From an archaeon (GTDB lineage: Archaea; Iainarchaeota; Iainarchaeia; Iainarchaeales; JAAZKV01), in NCBI GenBank assembly GCA_041659525.1, contig JBAZYC010000001.1, positions 725,554 to 789,553 of the forward strand: a stretch of DNA of 64,000 nucleotides, given 5' to 3'. Made by a program: the position numbers and the translations under genes. Below the pieces are notes generated by a model. That model did not search any database. It saw only the letters and a program-made list of their open reading frames with translations, and was not told where the DNA came from. Shown piece after piece: positions 54,193 through 63,134 of the stretch (positions are counted from its first letter, which is position 1; every line of letters begins with the position of its first letter).

Positions 54193-55245
54193 TTAGATTG
54201 AAAAATTACCTAGTAACCCGCCTACTGCTGTCACGAAGATGGTAAACAAAATTAGTCCTACAATGATCATTATGGGGGCAAATTTGAGTCCGTCCTTTAT
54301 TTTTCCCCCTCCTAAAATTCCAATGAATATACTTGCTAGTAACGAGTTAGTAAATATTACAAAGTAAGCAATGAGTTTCATAAAATCAGCAGTAATAGTA
54401 ATTGTTCCTCCGCCTAGTCCAGATTGTTTCATTAATTCGTCATTTCCTCCTCCAGTTAATCCACTTGTTTTCACTTGTATTCCTGATAAAACATTCAAAA
54501 ATTGCACACTTACTGCTAAGAGCATTGGAGATGCTATTATTACAACAAATAAAATAAACATAGAGTACATTTTTGTGGAAGTGGCAAGTTCTTTTTTTAG
54601 TTGGTTTGTTTGTTTAATATCTGCGGCAGTTGTTTCAATTAATTGAGCTAAGTGTCCACCTGACCTGAGTGCTTGTGAAAAGAATTTTGTAGTGTCTGAT
54701 AATACTTTTGAATCAATTCTTCTTCCAATATCACGCAAAGCATCAGAGAATGATTGAACTCCTAAACTTTTTTGAGTAGCAATTTTTATTTCTTCACTTA
54801 GTGGACCAAATTCGGGTCTTACTGCTGAACGAAAAGCATAGAAAGGACTCATTCCACTTTTTAGATTATTTCCGACTAAGAATAAGAAATCTGGTAAAAT
54901 ATTTTCAACCATTTTTTTTCGTCCATCAATAACATAAGAAATATGTAAGTAAAATAGTGCACTTGTTGCAAGAAAAGCAACTATTGCAAGAACGAACATT
55001 AATGCTAATTTTATTGTTGGGGGAAAATATATTTCCCAATTAAGTGCTACATTAAGCAAAGGAAACAAGCTAAAGGGGATCAAAAATCCAATTGTTGCCA
55101 TTAAAGTAGCAATGAATAATCTTAATCCTATCCAATTTCTTGCGTCATCCTTTGATCCTGCGTAAGTAAGTGCAACTTTTACTTTTTCTTCCATGAATTT
55201 TTTTGGAACAAGAATTGAAAACATTTGTGCAATAATTTCAAACAT
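54193..55245 (-). CDS. Type II secretion system F / TadC-like platform protein
   Basis: LPDFL...SGM...FGPLSEEI...SGG pattern, TM helices. Confidence 0.9.
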   Translation of the reverse strand: MFEIIAQMFSILVPKKFMEEKVKVALTYAGSKDDARNWIGLRLFIATLMATIGFLIPFSLFPLLNVALNWEIYFPPTIKLALMFVLAIVAFLATSALFYLHISYVIDGRKKMVENILPDFLFLVGNNLKSGMSPFYAFRSAVRPEFGPLSEEIKIATQKSLGVQSFSDALRDIGRRIDSKVLSDTTKFFSQALRSGGHLAQLIETTAADIKQTNQLKKELATSTKMYSMFILFVVIIASPMLLAVSVQFLNVLSGIQVKTSGLTGGGNDELMKQSGLGGGTITITADFMKLIAYFVIFTNSLLASIFIGILGGGKIKDGLKFAPIMIIVGLILFTIFVTAVGGLLGNFSI

Positions 55246-56145
55246 TTACTTCACAACCTTTGGTACTTTTGATCTTACAAGCATTATCATAGCTAATTGT
55301 ATTGAAAGAGAAAGCACTACGATTAATATTACTGCTTCGGGACCAATTCCTGATCCTCCTACTGAGGAAGCAATTACTAAGAAAGTTATTCCTAATGAAG
55401 GCATTGCTGCTGCAACTATTAAATAAACTAATGTCCAAAGATTTAGTTCTGCAGAGTAAGCTTTGATTGCATCTATTTGTTGAGCTACTAATGCTTCTAC
55501 TTGGGATTCTAATGCATTTACTATTGATCCTCCGCTTCTCATAGTGGTTATTATTTGCCAAATTGTTTTCTTTAGTACTTCTGATTTTGTTCTAAAAGCA
55601 AGTTTTTCAAGTGCTTGTGTTTCGCTCATTCCTGAGTTAACATCTTTAACAACAAAAGTAAATTCAGCTGATACTTGTCCATAATTTGATTTTGAAATCA
55701 TTTTCATTGCTTCAAATAAACTAATTCCTGAACTAAGTTGGATTAGCATTGTTCTAATCGCAAATAATAGTTCTTGGTCAACCATGTTTGCAAGTTGGAA
55801 AGCTGCAATTTTTGGATACATTAAGTGGAATATTAGCATTGAAATAAATGAACCAATACTAGCAACGAGCATTAAGGTAATTGTAAATACTCCTACTTGT
55901 TTTGAAATAATTGCTCCAAAAGCAAGTCCTACAAAGAGAAACATTACTGCATAAAGAAGAGCGGATACTAGTGAAGCTAGGCAGTATCTTTCCACATCAA
56001 TATCCATTTCGGCTTTTTGCAAATCATACTTTAGTGAGAAAACAACTTTTGAAAGAAATCTCCCGAAAAAGAGGTATCTTTCACTAAATTGCTTTGCTTT
56101 CTCTATTGGGAAAAGCATCATTACTGGTGTTTTTTCTTTTTCCAT
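55246..56145 (-). CDS. Type II secretion system F / TadB/C-like platform protein
   Basis: LSSGISLFEAM...YGQVSAEF...SGMSETQAL...SGG. Confidence 0.9.
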   Translation of the reverse strand: MEKEKTPVMMLFPIEKAKQFSERYLFFGRFLSKVVFSLKYDLQKAEMDIDVERYCLASLVSALLYAVMFLFVGLAFGAIISKQVGVFTITLMLVASIGSFISMLIFHLMYPKIAAFQLANMVDQELLFAIRTMLIQLSSGISLFEAMKMISKSNYGQVSAEFTFVVKDVNSGMSETQALEKLAFRTKSEVLKKTIWQIITTMRSGGSIVNALESQVEALVAQQIDAIKAYSAELNLWTLVYLIVAAAMPSLGITFLVIASSVGGSGIGPEAVILIVVLSLSIQLAMIMLVRSKVPKVVK

Positions 56146-56247
56146 CTGTTTTCAACTCAAAATTATTTAATTTTTTTTATTTAACTAAATTAACCATGAT
56201 TTTAATCAATTTTTTTGTTATTTTTATTTTTTTAATTCCCATTTTTT

Positions 56248-58836
56248 TTACATTGAAAAATTTTCTTTATTTGCTGCGTTTTGTTGATTTACTGTTTGCA
56301 TTGCACTAGCATCATCTTTTTCTCCTTGCATCATTTTTCTGATTTCTTCAATAGGTGTATTTTTTTTTGCGAGTTTTTTGATTTGTTCAGGGTATGAGTA
56401 AAACATTTTTACAATATACCCAATATCATCTAAATCATTTAGATCTATTCTCTTTAACCATTCAAGAATTTCTTTTCTTTCAGCTATTTCTCTATTAATA
56501 TCATCCTCAGTCATTCCTGTGTGCATGTTTAGTAGGGTGATTAGTTTTGTGGGTTTGTTTAGTTTTTCCCACGAATCAGTTCTTGGGAGCCATTTATAAA
56601 CAGTATTAATTTGTAGTCCCTGTCCGCTACTTGTTTGTTCTATTTCGGATATTTCATAAGTTCTTCTTTTGTTTGTTTTTCTATCACGGTACTGTACTAC
56701 AATTAAATCAATTAGTTCAATTTGCATTAATGGAATATTAATTGGTGGTTCAGCTAGTCTTCTTAGTACTTGGTAACCTGAGTTTGCATGTAGGGTAGAG
56801 TAAATACTGTGTCCTGTTTCAATTGCTTCCATTAGTACTTCTGCCTCTTTTTTTCTTCTAATTTCTCCCACAATTATTCTATCGGGTCTCATTCTTAGTG
56901 AGGTAACCATTAAGTCAAGCATTGTTACTTCACCTAGTCCTTCTGGGTTTGGAGATCTTGTAACCATTGGTATCCAATTCCAATCAAGGTACTTTGGCAG
57001 AATTATTTCTCTTACATCTTCAATTGAAAGTATTCTGTGGTAAGTGGGTACGAGTGCAAGCATTGAGTTTAGTGCACTTGTTTTTCCACTCGCAGTTCCT
57101 CCTGCAATTAATATATTCATTTCGTATTGCATTGCTAGCCAAAGCATTGCGGCCATTTCTGAATTCATGGTGTGTGCTTTTCCGATAAAATCAACAATAG
57201 TCCAAGGTTTTCTTGCAAATCTTCTAATAGTAATTGTGTTTCCTTCTGAAGAAATTGGGAATAGGGTTGCATTAACACGATCTCCTGAAAGCAAGTGTGC
57301 ATCAAGAATCGGACTTAGGTTAGTTATTTCTCTTCCAATTTTTCTTCCGATTTGTGAAGAAAAATTATTTATGTCTTCTTCAGTTCCTGGCATTAAATTT
57401 GTTTTTAACCAACCATGAATTCTATGGTAAACTGTAATAGGGGTTTTTGCTGAATTTATTCCCACTTCTTCCAGCATATCATCTCCCATTATTATCTCAA
57501 TATCTCCAAGTCCATACATTTCATGTAAGAGTACTCCTGAAAGCATGTTGAGTAAATCTTTTGGTGCTTCGGGGAAATATTTTGAAAGATGAGAATTTAA
57601 TTCAAAAAAGAATCTTTCTTTTAGTTTTTTTGATTTTTTTGGGTCAACAATTTCTTCAATTTCTATGGGCATGTTTTCGGCTACTTCGTCTTTAATAAAT
57701 TCTAAAAATCTTTTAGTGTATTTTCCAATGCTGGGCATTTCAAGTGCATAAATGGGTCTTGCTTCTTCAGGATCAAGTACTATTGAAATTTGAGCAGGAA
57801 CATAATCTACTTCTATTTGATAAGTTTCAAGGACTTTTCCAACCGGAATTTTAGTTAATTTTGAAGGAGTAGGATTTTTTAGAATTAAAATTGGTTTTTT
57901 AGTTAAACTTGTAGGGTACTCTATTTCAACTACTCCGTCGCTTTCAAACATCTTTGAAATCTTTTCAACTATTAATGGATCTATTTGCAAGTAATTTGCA
58001 ATTTCACCTGTATCAATTTTTTTATATTTTTCGAGTAGTTCAAATATTTTATCAACAGGGGTTTTTAGTGAATTTATTTTATTTTCGATTCTTTTTTGTT
58101 CTTCTGCATTTCTTTTTTGTTTTGAAAAAGCACTTTCTTCTTCAGCTTCAAAATCTTGGGTGATGGGTTCTTCTATTATTGGTTCATCCATCCAACTATA
58201 GTGCTCTTCTTTTTGGCTCAAAAAAGAATCTTTGTCTTTAGTTTCTTTTGTTGAATTAACTTCAATTGGTTTTTGAATTAATGGTTCTTGTTTTTGATTA
58301 GCTGAAAGCACAACTGGTTTTGCATTAAGCGAGCTTTGCATTGAAATAGCTCCTTCGTTAGAATTTTCTTGTTGAACAATTTTTTCTGGTGTTATTGACT
58401 GCTTACCAAAATCAGTGCTCGATAGAGTTTCTTTCTTTTTATCAGTAGTAATGTTTGAAGATTTTAAATTCAAAAGTTTGTCAAAAGAACTTGAAGCGGA
58501 AGTTGAAGTTTGAGTACTATCTTTTTTAGTAATATTTGAATCCGAATTTTCTTTAGATTTATTTAGTTCTTTAGGCGTACCATAATTTGGTTCTGAATTT
58601 AGTTCTTTTACTGAAGTTACTTGAGTAAATATCTTTTGTTCTTCTTTAAATGCTGCTAGATCTACTTTTGATTGAGTGCTTTTTGAAGTGAACGGTTTTT
58701 TTTCTTCAAAAGGGAATTTTGGGGTCTGTGCCGAAGGCTGTTTTGTATTCTCTTGACCCATAGTTAAGCGTTTTATCTCGTCAAGGTCCTTATTTTTTTC
58801 TTTCCCTGAAAAAGGAAAAATCGACATTTTGTTCAC
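56248..58836 (-). CDS. Type IV pilus/secretion ATPase (TadA/VirB11-like) with long N-terminal low-complexity region and wHTH-like domain
   Basis: GGTASGKT, SIEDVRE, LRMRPDRIIVGEIR, TGHSIYSTLHA. Confidence 0.95.
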   Translation of the reverse strand: MNKMSIFPFSGKEKNKDLDEIKRLTMGQENTKQPSAQTPKFPFEEKKPFTSKSTQSKVDLAAFKEEQKIFTQVTSVKELNSEPNYGTPKELNKSKENSDSNITKKDSTQTSTSASSSFDKLLNLKSSNITTDKKKETLSSTDFGKQSITPEKIVQQENSNEGAISMQSSLNAKPVVLSANQKQEPLIQKPIEVNSTKETKDKDSFLSQKEEHYSWMDEPIIEEPITQDFEAEEESAFSKQKRNAEEQKRIENKINSLKTPVDKIFELLEKYKKIDTGEIANYLQIDPLIVEKISKMFESDGVVEIEYPTSLTKKPILILKNPTPSKLTKIPVGKVLETYQIEVDYVPAQISIVLDPEEARPIYALEMPSIGKYTKRFLEFIKDEVAENMPIEIEEIVDPKKSKKLKERFFFELNSHLSKYFPEAPKDLLNMLSGVLLHEMYGLGDIEIIMGDDMLEEVGINSAKTPITVYHRIHGWLKTNLMPGTEEDINNFSSQIGRKIGREITNLSPILDAHLLSGDRVNATLFPISSEGNTITIRRFARKPWTIVDFIGKAHTMNSEMAAMLWLAMQYEMNILIAGGTASGKTSALNSMLALVPTYHRILSIEDVREIILPKYLDWNWIPMVTRSPNPEGLGEVTMLDLMVTSLRMRPDRIIVGEIRRKKEAEVLMEAIETGHSIYSTLHANSGYQVLRRLAEPPINIPLMQIELIDLIVVQYRDRKTNKRRTYEISEIEQTSSGQGLQINTVYKWLPRTDSWEKLNKPTKLITLLNMHTGMTEDDINREIAERKEILEWLKRIDLNDLDDIGYIVKMFYSYPEQIKKLAKKNTPIEEIRKMMQGEKDDASAMQTVNQQNAANKENFSM

Positions 58837-59025
58837 ACTCGGTACAATTATTTCTGCTTCATAATTAGTTCTTTCTTATTTATAAGAGTGTTGAAATGAA
58901 CTCTAAAAGAATGAATTAACTAAAGAACTAACTGATTTTTCACTTTTTTTCAATGGAACTTGAAGTTTTCTTTAAGTTTAATACAATAATTCACGTTTAA
59001 TAATAAGTTAGGTCATTACTCTTGC

Positions 59026-59706
59026 ATGGTTAGTGGCTTTTCAATTACTCCTGAACAGGAAAAAGCGTTTGAAAGTATTCTTTCAAATAAAGATTCTGTT
59101 TTAGCTTCTGTTTCAAAGGAATCTGAAAAGTTTAATGCATTTAATGCTTTGGTTGGTTCGCAAAGAGTGCTTACTGAAATTAAAACAAAAATTTCTACTA
59201 ACTTTTCAGGTCAAGCACTTGTTGTTTGTGATCCTTCTAATTCAAAAGAGGTTCTTCTTGCTTTAACCACGTTTGTAAAGCAATCAAATCAAATTCCTGT
59301 TTTGGTTCTAATGAATCATAATTACAAAACAATTCTCTCTGATTTAAAGAAAGCGGGTGTTGAGGATAGAGTTATTATTATTGATACGGTTTCAAAGAGT
59401 ATTGCTACTGTGGAAGAAACTAGAGAGCTTATTTTTGTTGATTCGTTAAGAAACCTTACCCAGCTTCAAATAAAGATGTTTAATATAATGGAAAAAAATC
59501 ATGGTTGCGCATTTATTTTTGATTCAATAGCAATGCTTGAACTTTACCATGAAGAAGAAATAGTTTTCAAATTCATTTACTCTTTAACAAAGATTCTCCA
59601 CAAAAATAATGTTAATGGATTTTATATCTCAACAACTTCAGAGTCTTCTGGAAAGTTAGGGCAATTCTTCGAAGAAACTATTTTGCTCAAAAAGTTCTTG
59701 GATTAG
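59026..59706 (+). CDS. Inactive KaiC/RecA-fold protein
   Basis: IIIDTVS, RNLTQLQI, FIFDSI.ML.LYH; similar in pattern to 44800-45384. Confidence 0.7.
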   Translation: MVSGFSITPEQEKAFESILSNKDSVLASVSKESEKFNAFNALVGSQRVLTEIKTKISTNFSGQALVVCDPSNSKEVLLALTTFVKQSNQIPVLVLMNHNYKTILSDLKKAGVEDRVIIIDTVSKSIATVEETRELIFVDSLRNLTQLQIKMFNIMEKNHGCAFIFDSIAMLELYHEEEIVFKFIYSLTKILHKNNVNGFYISTTSESSGKLGQFFEETILLKKFLD

Positions 59707-59781
59707 AAATCAACTAGGACTTTTTCTTTCAAAAAAGCTGTGTGCAATAATTAAATACTCCTTTTTCTCTTATAGTTGTGC

Positions 59782-60495
59782 ATGTATTTCCCTAAACAAG
59801 TTGTTTACTCTTTTTTTGTAGTGCTCTTTTCTTTGGTATTTTTTGGGATGTTATTTTTAGTTTTCTTTTCACAAGCTCTTGATGTGGTTGATCCTTCCGT
59901 TTCAATTATTGGCTCAGATATAGTTCTGAAAATGACTATTAAAAATATTTCAACGCACGCTGTAGACGGGGTTAAAGTTGAAGTAATTAATGGTGAAGAA
60001 GCAAAATCATTTTATCTAAAAGGGGTAAATGATGGGGAATTTTCTTCTCTTGCGCCTGGGGAAAAATATGATTTTGTAGCAGCAATTCCTATTTCGGAAA
60101 GTTTGGCTTATTCTGTAAGCATTTCAGCTCCTTTCAATAGGGCAATCCCTCTTAACTTTACTCTTGAGCAAACTACAATTGACCCTGTTAAAGCTGAAGT
60201 TTCTTTGCCTTCAAAACTTTACTTAAACGAAGCTTACACTTATTCAGTAAAACTATGTAATGTTTCAGGGAGTGATTTATCTGAAGTTATTTGGTTAGAA
60301 AATGCTCCTGCTGGTTTGTTTAAAGAAAATTTCTTTGAAAGAAGTATTTCGCTTAAAGCAGCACAATGTACTACGATTTTTTCAACACTTACTCCAATAA
60401 AGTTAAATGACTCAAGTATTGGATTTATTCTAAAGATTGGTACTATTGAGAAAAAGAGTTCTAAAGCCCTTCAAATAGTGGAGCGGTCTGCTTAA
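59782..60495 (+). CDS. Membrane-anchored Ig/CARDB-like protein
   Basis: N-terminal TM; IKNIS...LAPGE and VKLCNVS...L beta-sandwich repeats. Confidence 0.65.
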   Translation: MYFPKQVVYSFFVVLFSLVFFGMLFLVFFSQALDVVDPSVSIIGSDIVLKMTIKNISTHAVDGVKVEVINGEEAKSFYLKGVNDGEFSSLAPGEKYDFVAAIPISESLAYSVSISAPFNRAIPLNFTLEQTTIDPVKAEVSLPSKLYLNEAYTYSVKLCNVSGSDLSEVIWLENAPAGLFKENFFERSISLKAAQCTTIFSTLTPIKLNDSSIGFILKIGTIEKKSSKALQIVERSA

Positions 60496-60515
60496 TTGAG
60501 TTGGTGAGATTTAAA

Positions 60516-60561
60516 TACTCGGGAGCATTTATACTCTAATGAGTACAGGTACTCTAGAGCG
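60516..60561. repeat. Three TACTC-N2/4-GAGYR palindromes immediately after a TTTAAATA box
   Basis: tactc-gg-gagca, tactc-taat-gagta, tactc-ta-gagcg. Confidence 0.55.
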
Positions 60562-60595
60562 TTTAGTATTGTATAAATTAAGTTAGTTGATAATA

Positions 60596-61243
60596 ATGAC
60601 TAAAGCAGATTCAATTATTGAAATAATTCAAAAGATGGTTCAAGAGGGCCAATCTAGTGACAAGATTGTTGCTACTCTTCACGATCTTGGGGTTAGCGAT
60701 GACCAGGCAAAAAGACTTTTACTAATTGCAGAAGCAGACACTTTTACTTTACTAAAAAAAGAAATTAATAATCTTGTAAGAGAAGAGGTTTATTCTCAAA
60801 AAAAAGATTTTGAGGATATGATTAAACAAGATTTGAAGCAAATCGAGGCGGAAGAAAAATTAAAAACTAGTGAAATTGCTCATGAAGAATTAAAAGAAGT
60901 AAAAAATGATGTTCTTGAACAATCAAGAGGGTTTGAAGGAAGGGTAAACAAAGTTATTAATGATTCTCAAAAAACTGTTTCACTTGTAAGAGTAGCACTT
61001 GATTCATTAAACAATAGACTTTCACAAATAGAACTTGATGTTGAACAAATGAAGGTTCATAAATTTAGAAAAAAATCAATGTTTTTCTCTTACACTATGC
61101 TTAGTTTGGGGGCAATGATTTTGTTAATTGCCTTATTTTTATTGTTCATGAATTTTGCAAAATTAGATGTCTCTCAAATAGTAATAATCTCTATTCTAAT
61201 TCTTGCAAGTGTAACTTTAATGTTTGCTTCAATAATTGGATAA
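60596..61243 (+). CDS. Coiled-coil protein with two C-terminal TM helices
   Basis: Heptad-rich centre and hydrophobic C-terminus. Confidence 0.75.
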   Translation: MTKADSIIEIIQKMVQEGQSSDKIVATLHDLGVSDDQAKRLLLIAEADTFTLLKKEINNLVREEVYSQKKDFEDMIKQDLKQIEAEEKLKTSEIAHEELKEVKNDVLEQSRGFEGRVNKVINDSQKTVSLVRVALDSLNNRLSQIELDVEQMKVHKFRKKSMFFSYTMLSLGAMILLIALFLLFMNFAKLDVSQIVIISILILASVTLMFASIIG

Positions 61244-61490
61244 AATTTAGTAAGTTCTTTGTCTTTTTGCACTTCAAGTTAGTGCCAAATTCTAGCTAAA
61301 TATACTTAAAAACAGCTTAATTTTCAAAATAAAGCATTTTTCACTTTTATTGAAGAAAGGCACTATTTTTTTAATCTTTTTATAAAATCGTCATTTTTTT
61401 GATATTCAATGCCTTTTTAAGTGTTTTCTTGAGGGTTTTACTTATTCACAAATTAGATTTACAAACTTGGTTAATTGGGGGGTTTTGAGC

Positions 61491-62348
61491 ATGGCTGGAA
61501 TGGACAAATTGAAAGCAAAAGAAGAGGAAGAGGACGAGACTAGTGAAGAAGAAACCCTAGAAACTGAAAAAACTATTACTGCGCTTGATAATAACGAATC
61601 TGTTGAGGGCGATTCTAATCCAAGTCACTCTGTTAATGATGATGGGGAAGAAAATGATGAGGAAGAAACTTCTGCTGAGGTAAGCGAAGATAATGACAAA
61701 ATGCCTTTCCCAAGAGCTACTATTACTAAACTTGTGAGAAGAAATATTTCTAAAGGTAAACAAATTAAAGGAACAGTTAAGGATGAAATGAATTTTTGGG
61801 TTGCTCAAATGGTTGAGCGAATAGCAAAGAAAATGAATTCCCAACCCTATACTTTTGTTAATTACGATATGCTAAAAGATGCAGTTGCTCCTTATGAGGA
61901 TATTCAAGGAATAAACAAACAAAGAGAGGTTCTTGTAGCCAAAATTAATGCAATTAAAACTGAATGTGACACTGTAATTAATGAAATTGATACTGAAATT
62001 AAATCTAAATCAGTTTCACTTAAATTAGAACAAGAAGAAATGCCTTTCCCTAAAGCAACTATTACTAATAAACTTAGAAAGTTCCTTGGGGACGGTAAAA
62101 CAATTAAGGGTCCTGTAAAAAGAGGACTAAATGTTTGGATTGGTAGTGTAGTTGAGAGAGTTTCAAAGAAAATGGATTCCTATCCTTACCCTTACATTGA
62201 TCGCTCAATGTTCAAAGAAGCAGTTGAACCCTACGAAGCGGTAGGCGAAATAGAACTTGAGAAAGAAAGAATAATTCAGCAAATGGAATCAATGAAAACC
62301 ATGTGCGATTTATTAGTAATGGAAATTGACAGAAAGTTTAAAGTTTAA
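61491..62348 (+). CDS. Tandem histone-fold/coiled-coil doublet with acidic N-terminal tail
   Basis: Two ~100-aa repeats MPFP(R/K)ATIT...K.IKG.VK...N.W...VER..KKM.S.PY...AV.PYE...K..CD....EID. Confidence 0.7.
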   Translation: MAGMDKLKAKEEEEDETSEEETLETEKTITALDNNESVEGDSNPSHSVNDDGEENDEEETSAEVSEDNDKMPFPRATITKLVRRNISKGKQIKGTVKDEMNFWVAQMVERIAKKMNSQPYTFVNYDMLKDAVAPYEDIQGINKQREVLVAKINAIKTECDTVINEIDTEIKSKSVSLKLEQEEMPFPKATITNKLRKFLGDGKTIKGPVKRGLNVWIGSVVERVSKKMDSYPYPYIDRSMFKEAVEPYEAVGEIELEKERIIQQMESMKTMCDLLVMEIDRKFKV

Positions 62349-62475
62349 AATTTTAATTTAAAATAAAATTTTTCTTTAAACTTTATTCTTTTTTTTATTT
62401 TTTTAAAAATCTAGTTTTTTTTTAGTTTTTTTTCTATTTTTTTTTCTTTAAACTTTTTTAATTTGTATTTTAAAA

Positions 62476-63054
62476 TTAGAGTGTTAAATTTAATTTTTCT
62501 CTGACTTTTTTTGCCATTGTTGCATTTGGATTAAAGAAAAGCATTGCGTCGCACTGACCAATATTTTTTGTGTGATTTTCTTTTAATGAAGCTTTTTCAA
62601 AATCAATTATAACTGGGGAGTAAATCGCTTCATGAGTATTTGGTTCATTAGTTTTTTTTACTAAAATATTTTTTCCTATTTGCAATTGGTTGTGACTTAG
62701 ATTTACTTTATTGAGTGCATAAAGTTGTTTGTATAATTCTTTAATAAAATTGTACAACTGAGTTGCATTAACTTCTTCATTAAAAGAATTACTCAAAATC
62801 CAATCAAATAATTTTTGTCCTTTAACATATTCCATTACCACAAAATTTTCTTTGTAATTTATTTCTTTTATTTTTGGTCCCACTCCTACTGAGTTTGCGA
62901 GCAGCAACATTTTTCCTTCTCTTTCTGCTAAGTTTTTTCGATTAGATTTTTCTCTAACTTCTTTTAACACAAATTCTTTTCCTTTATTGTCTTTTACTAT
63001 CCAAATGTAAGAACTCCAACCCTTAGCAATTTGATTGATTTTTGTGTATTTCAT
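62476..63054 (-). CDS. Atypical Ser/Thr kinase-like protein (COG2112-like)
   Basis: AKGWSS, VLK, REG..L..AN..GVGPK, VMEYVKG, HNQL...KNILV, IIDFEKA. Confidence 0.8.
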   Translation of the reverse strand: MKYTKINQIAKGWSSYIWIVKDNKGKEFVLKEVREKSNRKNLAEREGKMLLLANSVGVGPKIKEINYKENFVVMEYVKGQKLFDWILSNSFNEEVNATQLYNFIKELYKQLYALNKVNLSHNQLQIGKNILVKKTNEPNTHEAIYSPVIIDFEKASLKENHTKNIGQCDAMLFFNPNATMAKKVREKLNLTL

Positions 63055-63134
63055 AGCTATTTTCTATAGGGAATTAACTTTAAATACAACCCAAGCATAT
63101 TTTGGTAATGATTGCAAATAAAGCTTACTCTAAT

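Noticed and set aside
45473..58836. Archaellum operon
   Set aside because: No archaellin, ArlF/G or single ArlJ; two TadC-like genes and KGQ/E+5 pilins indicate a type IV pilus
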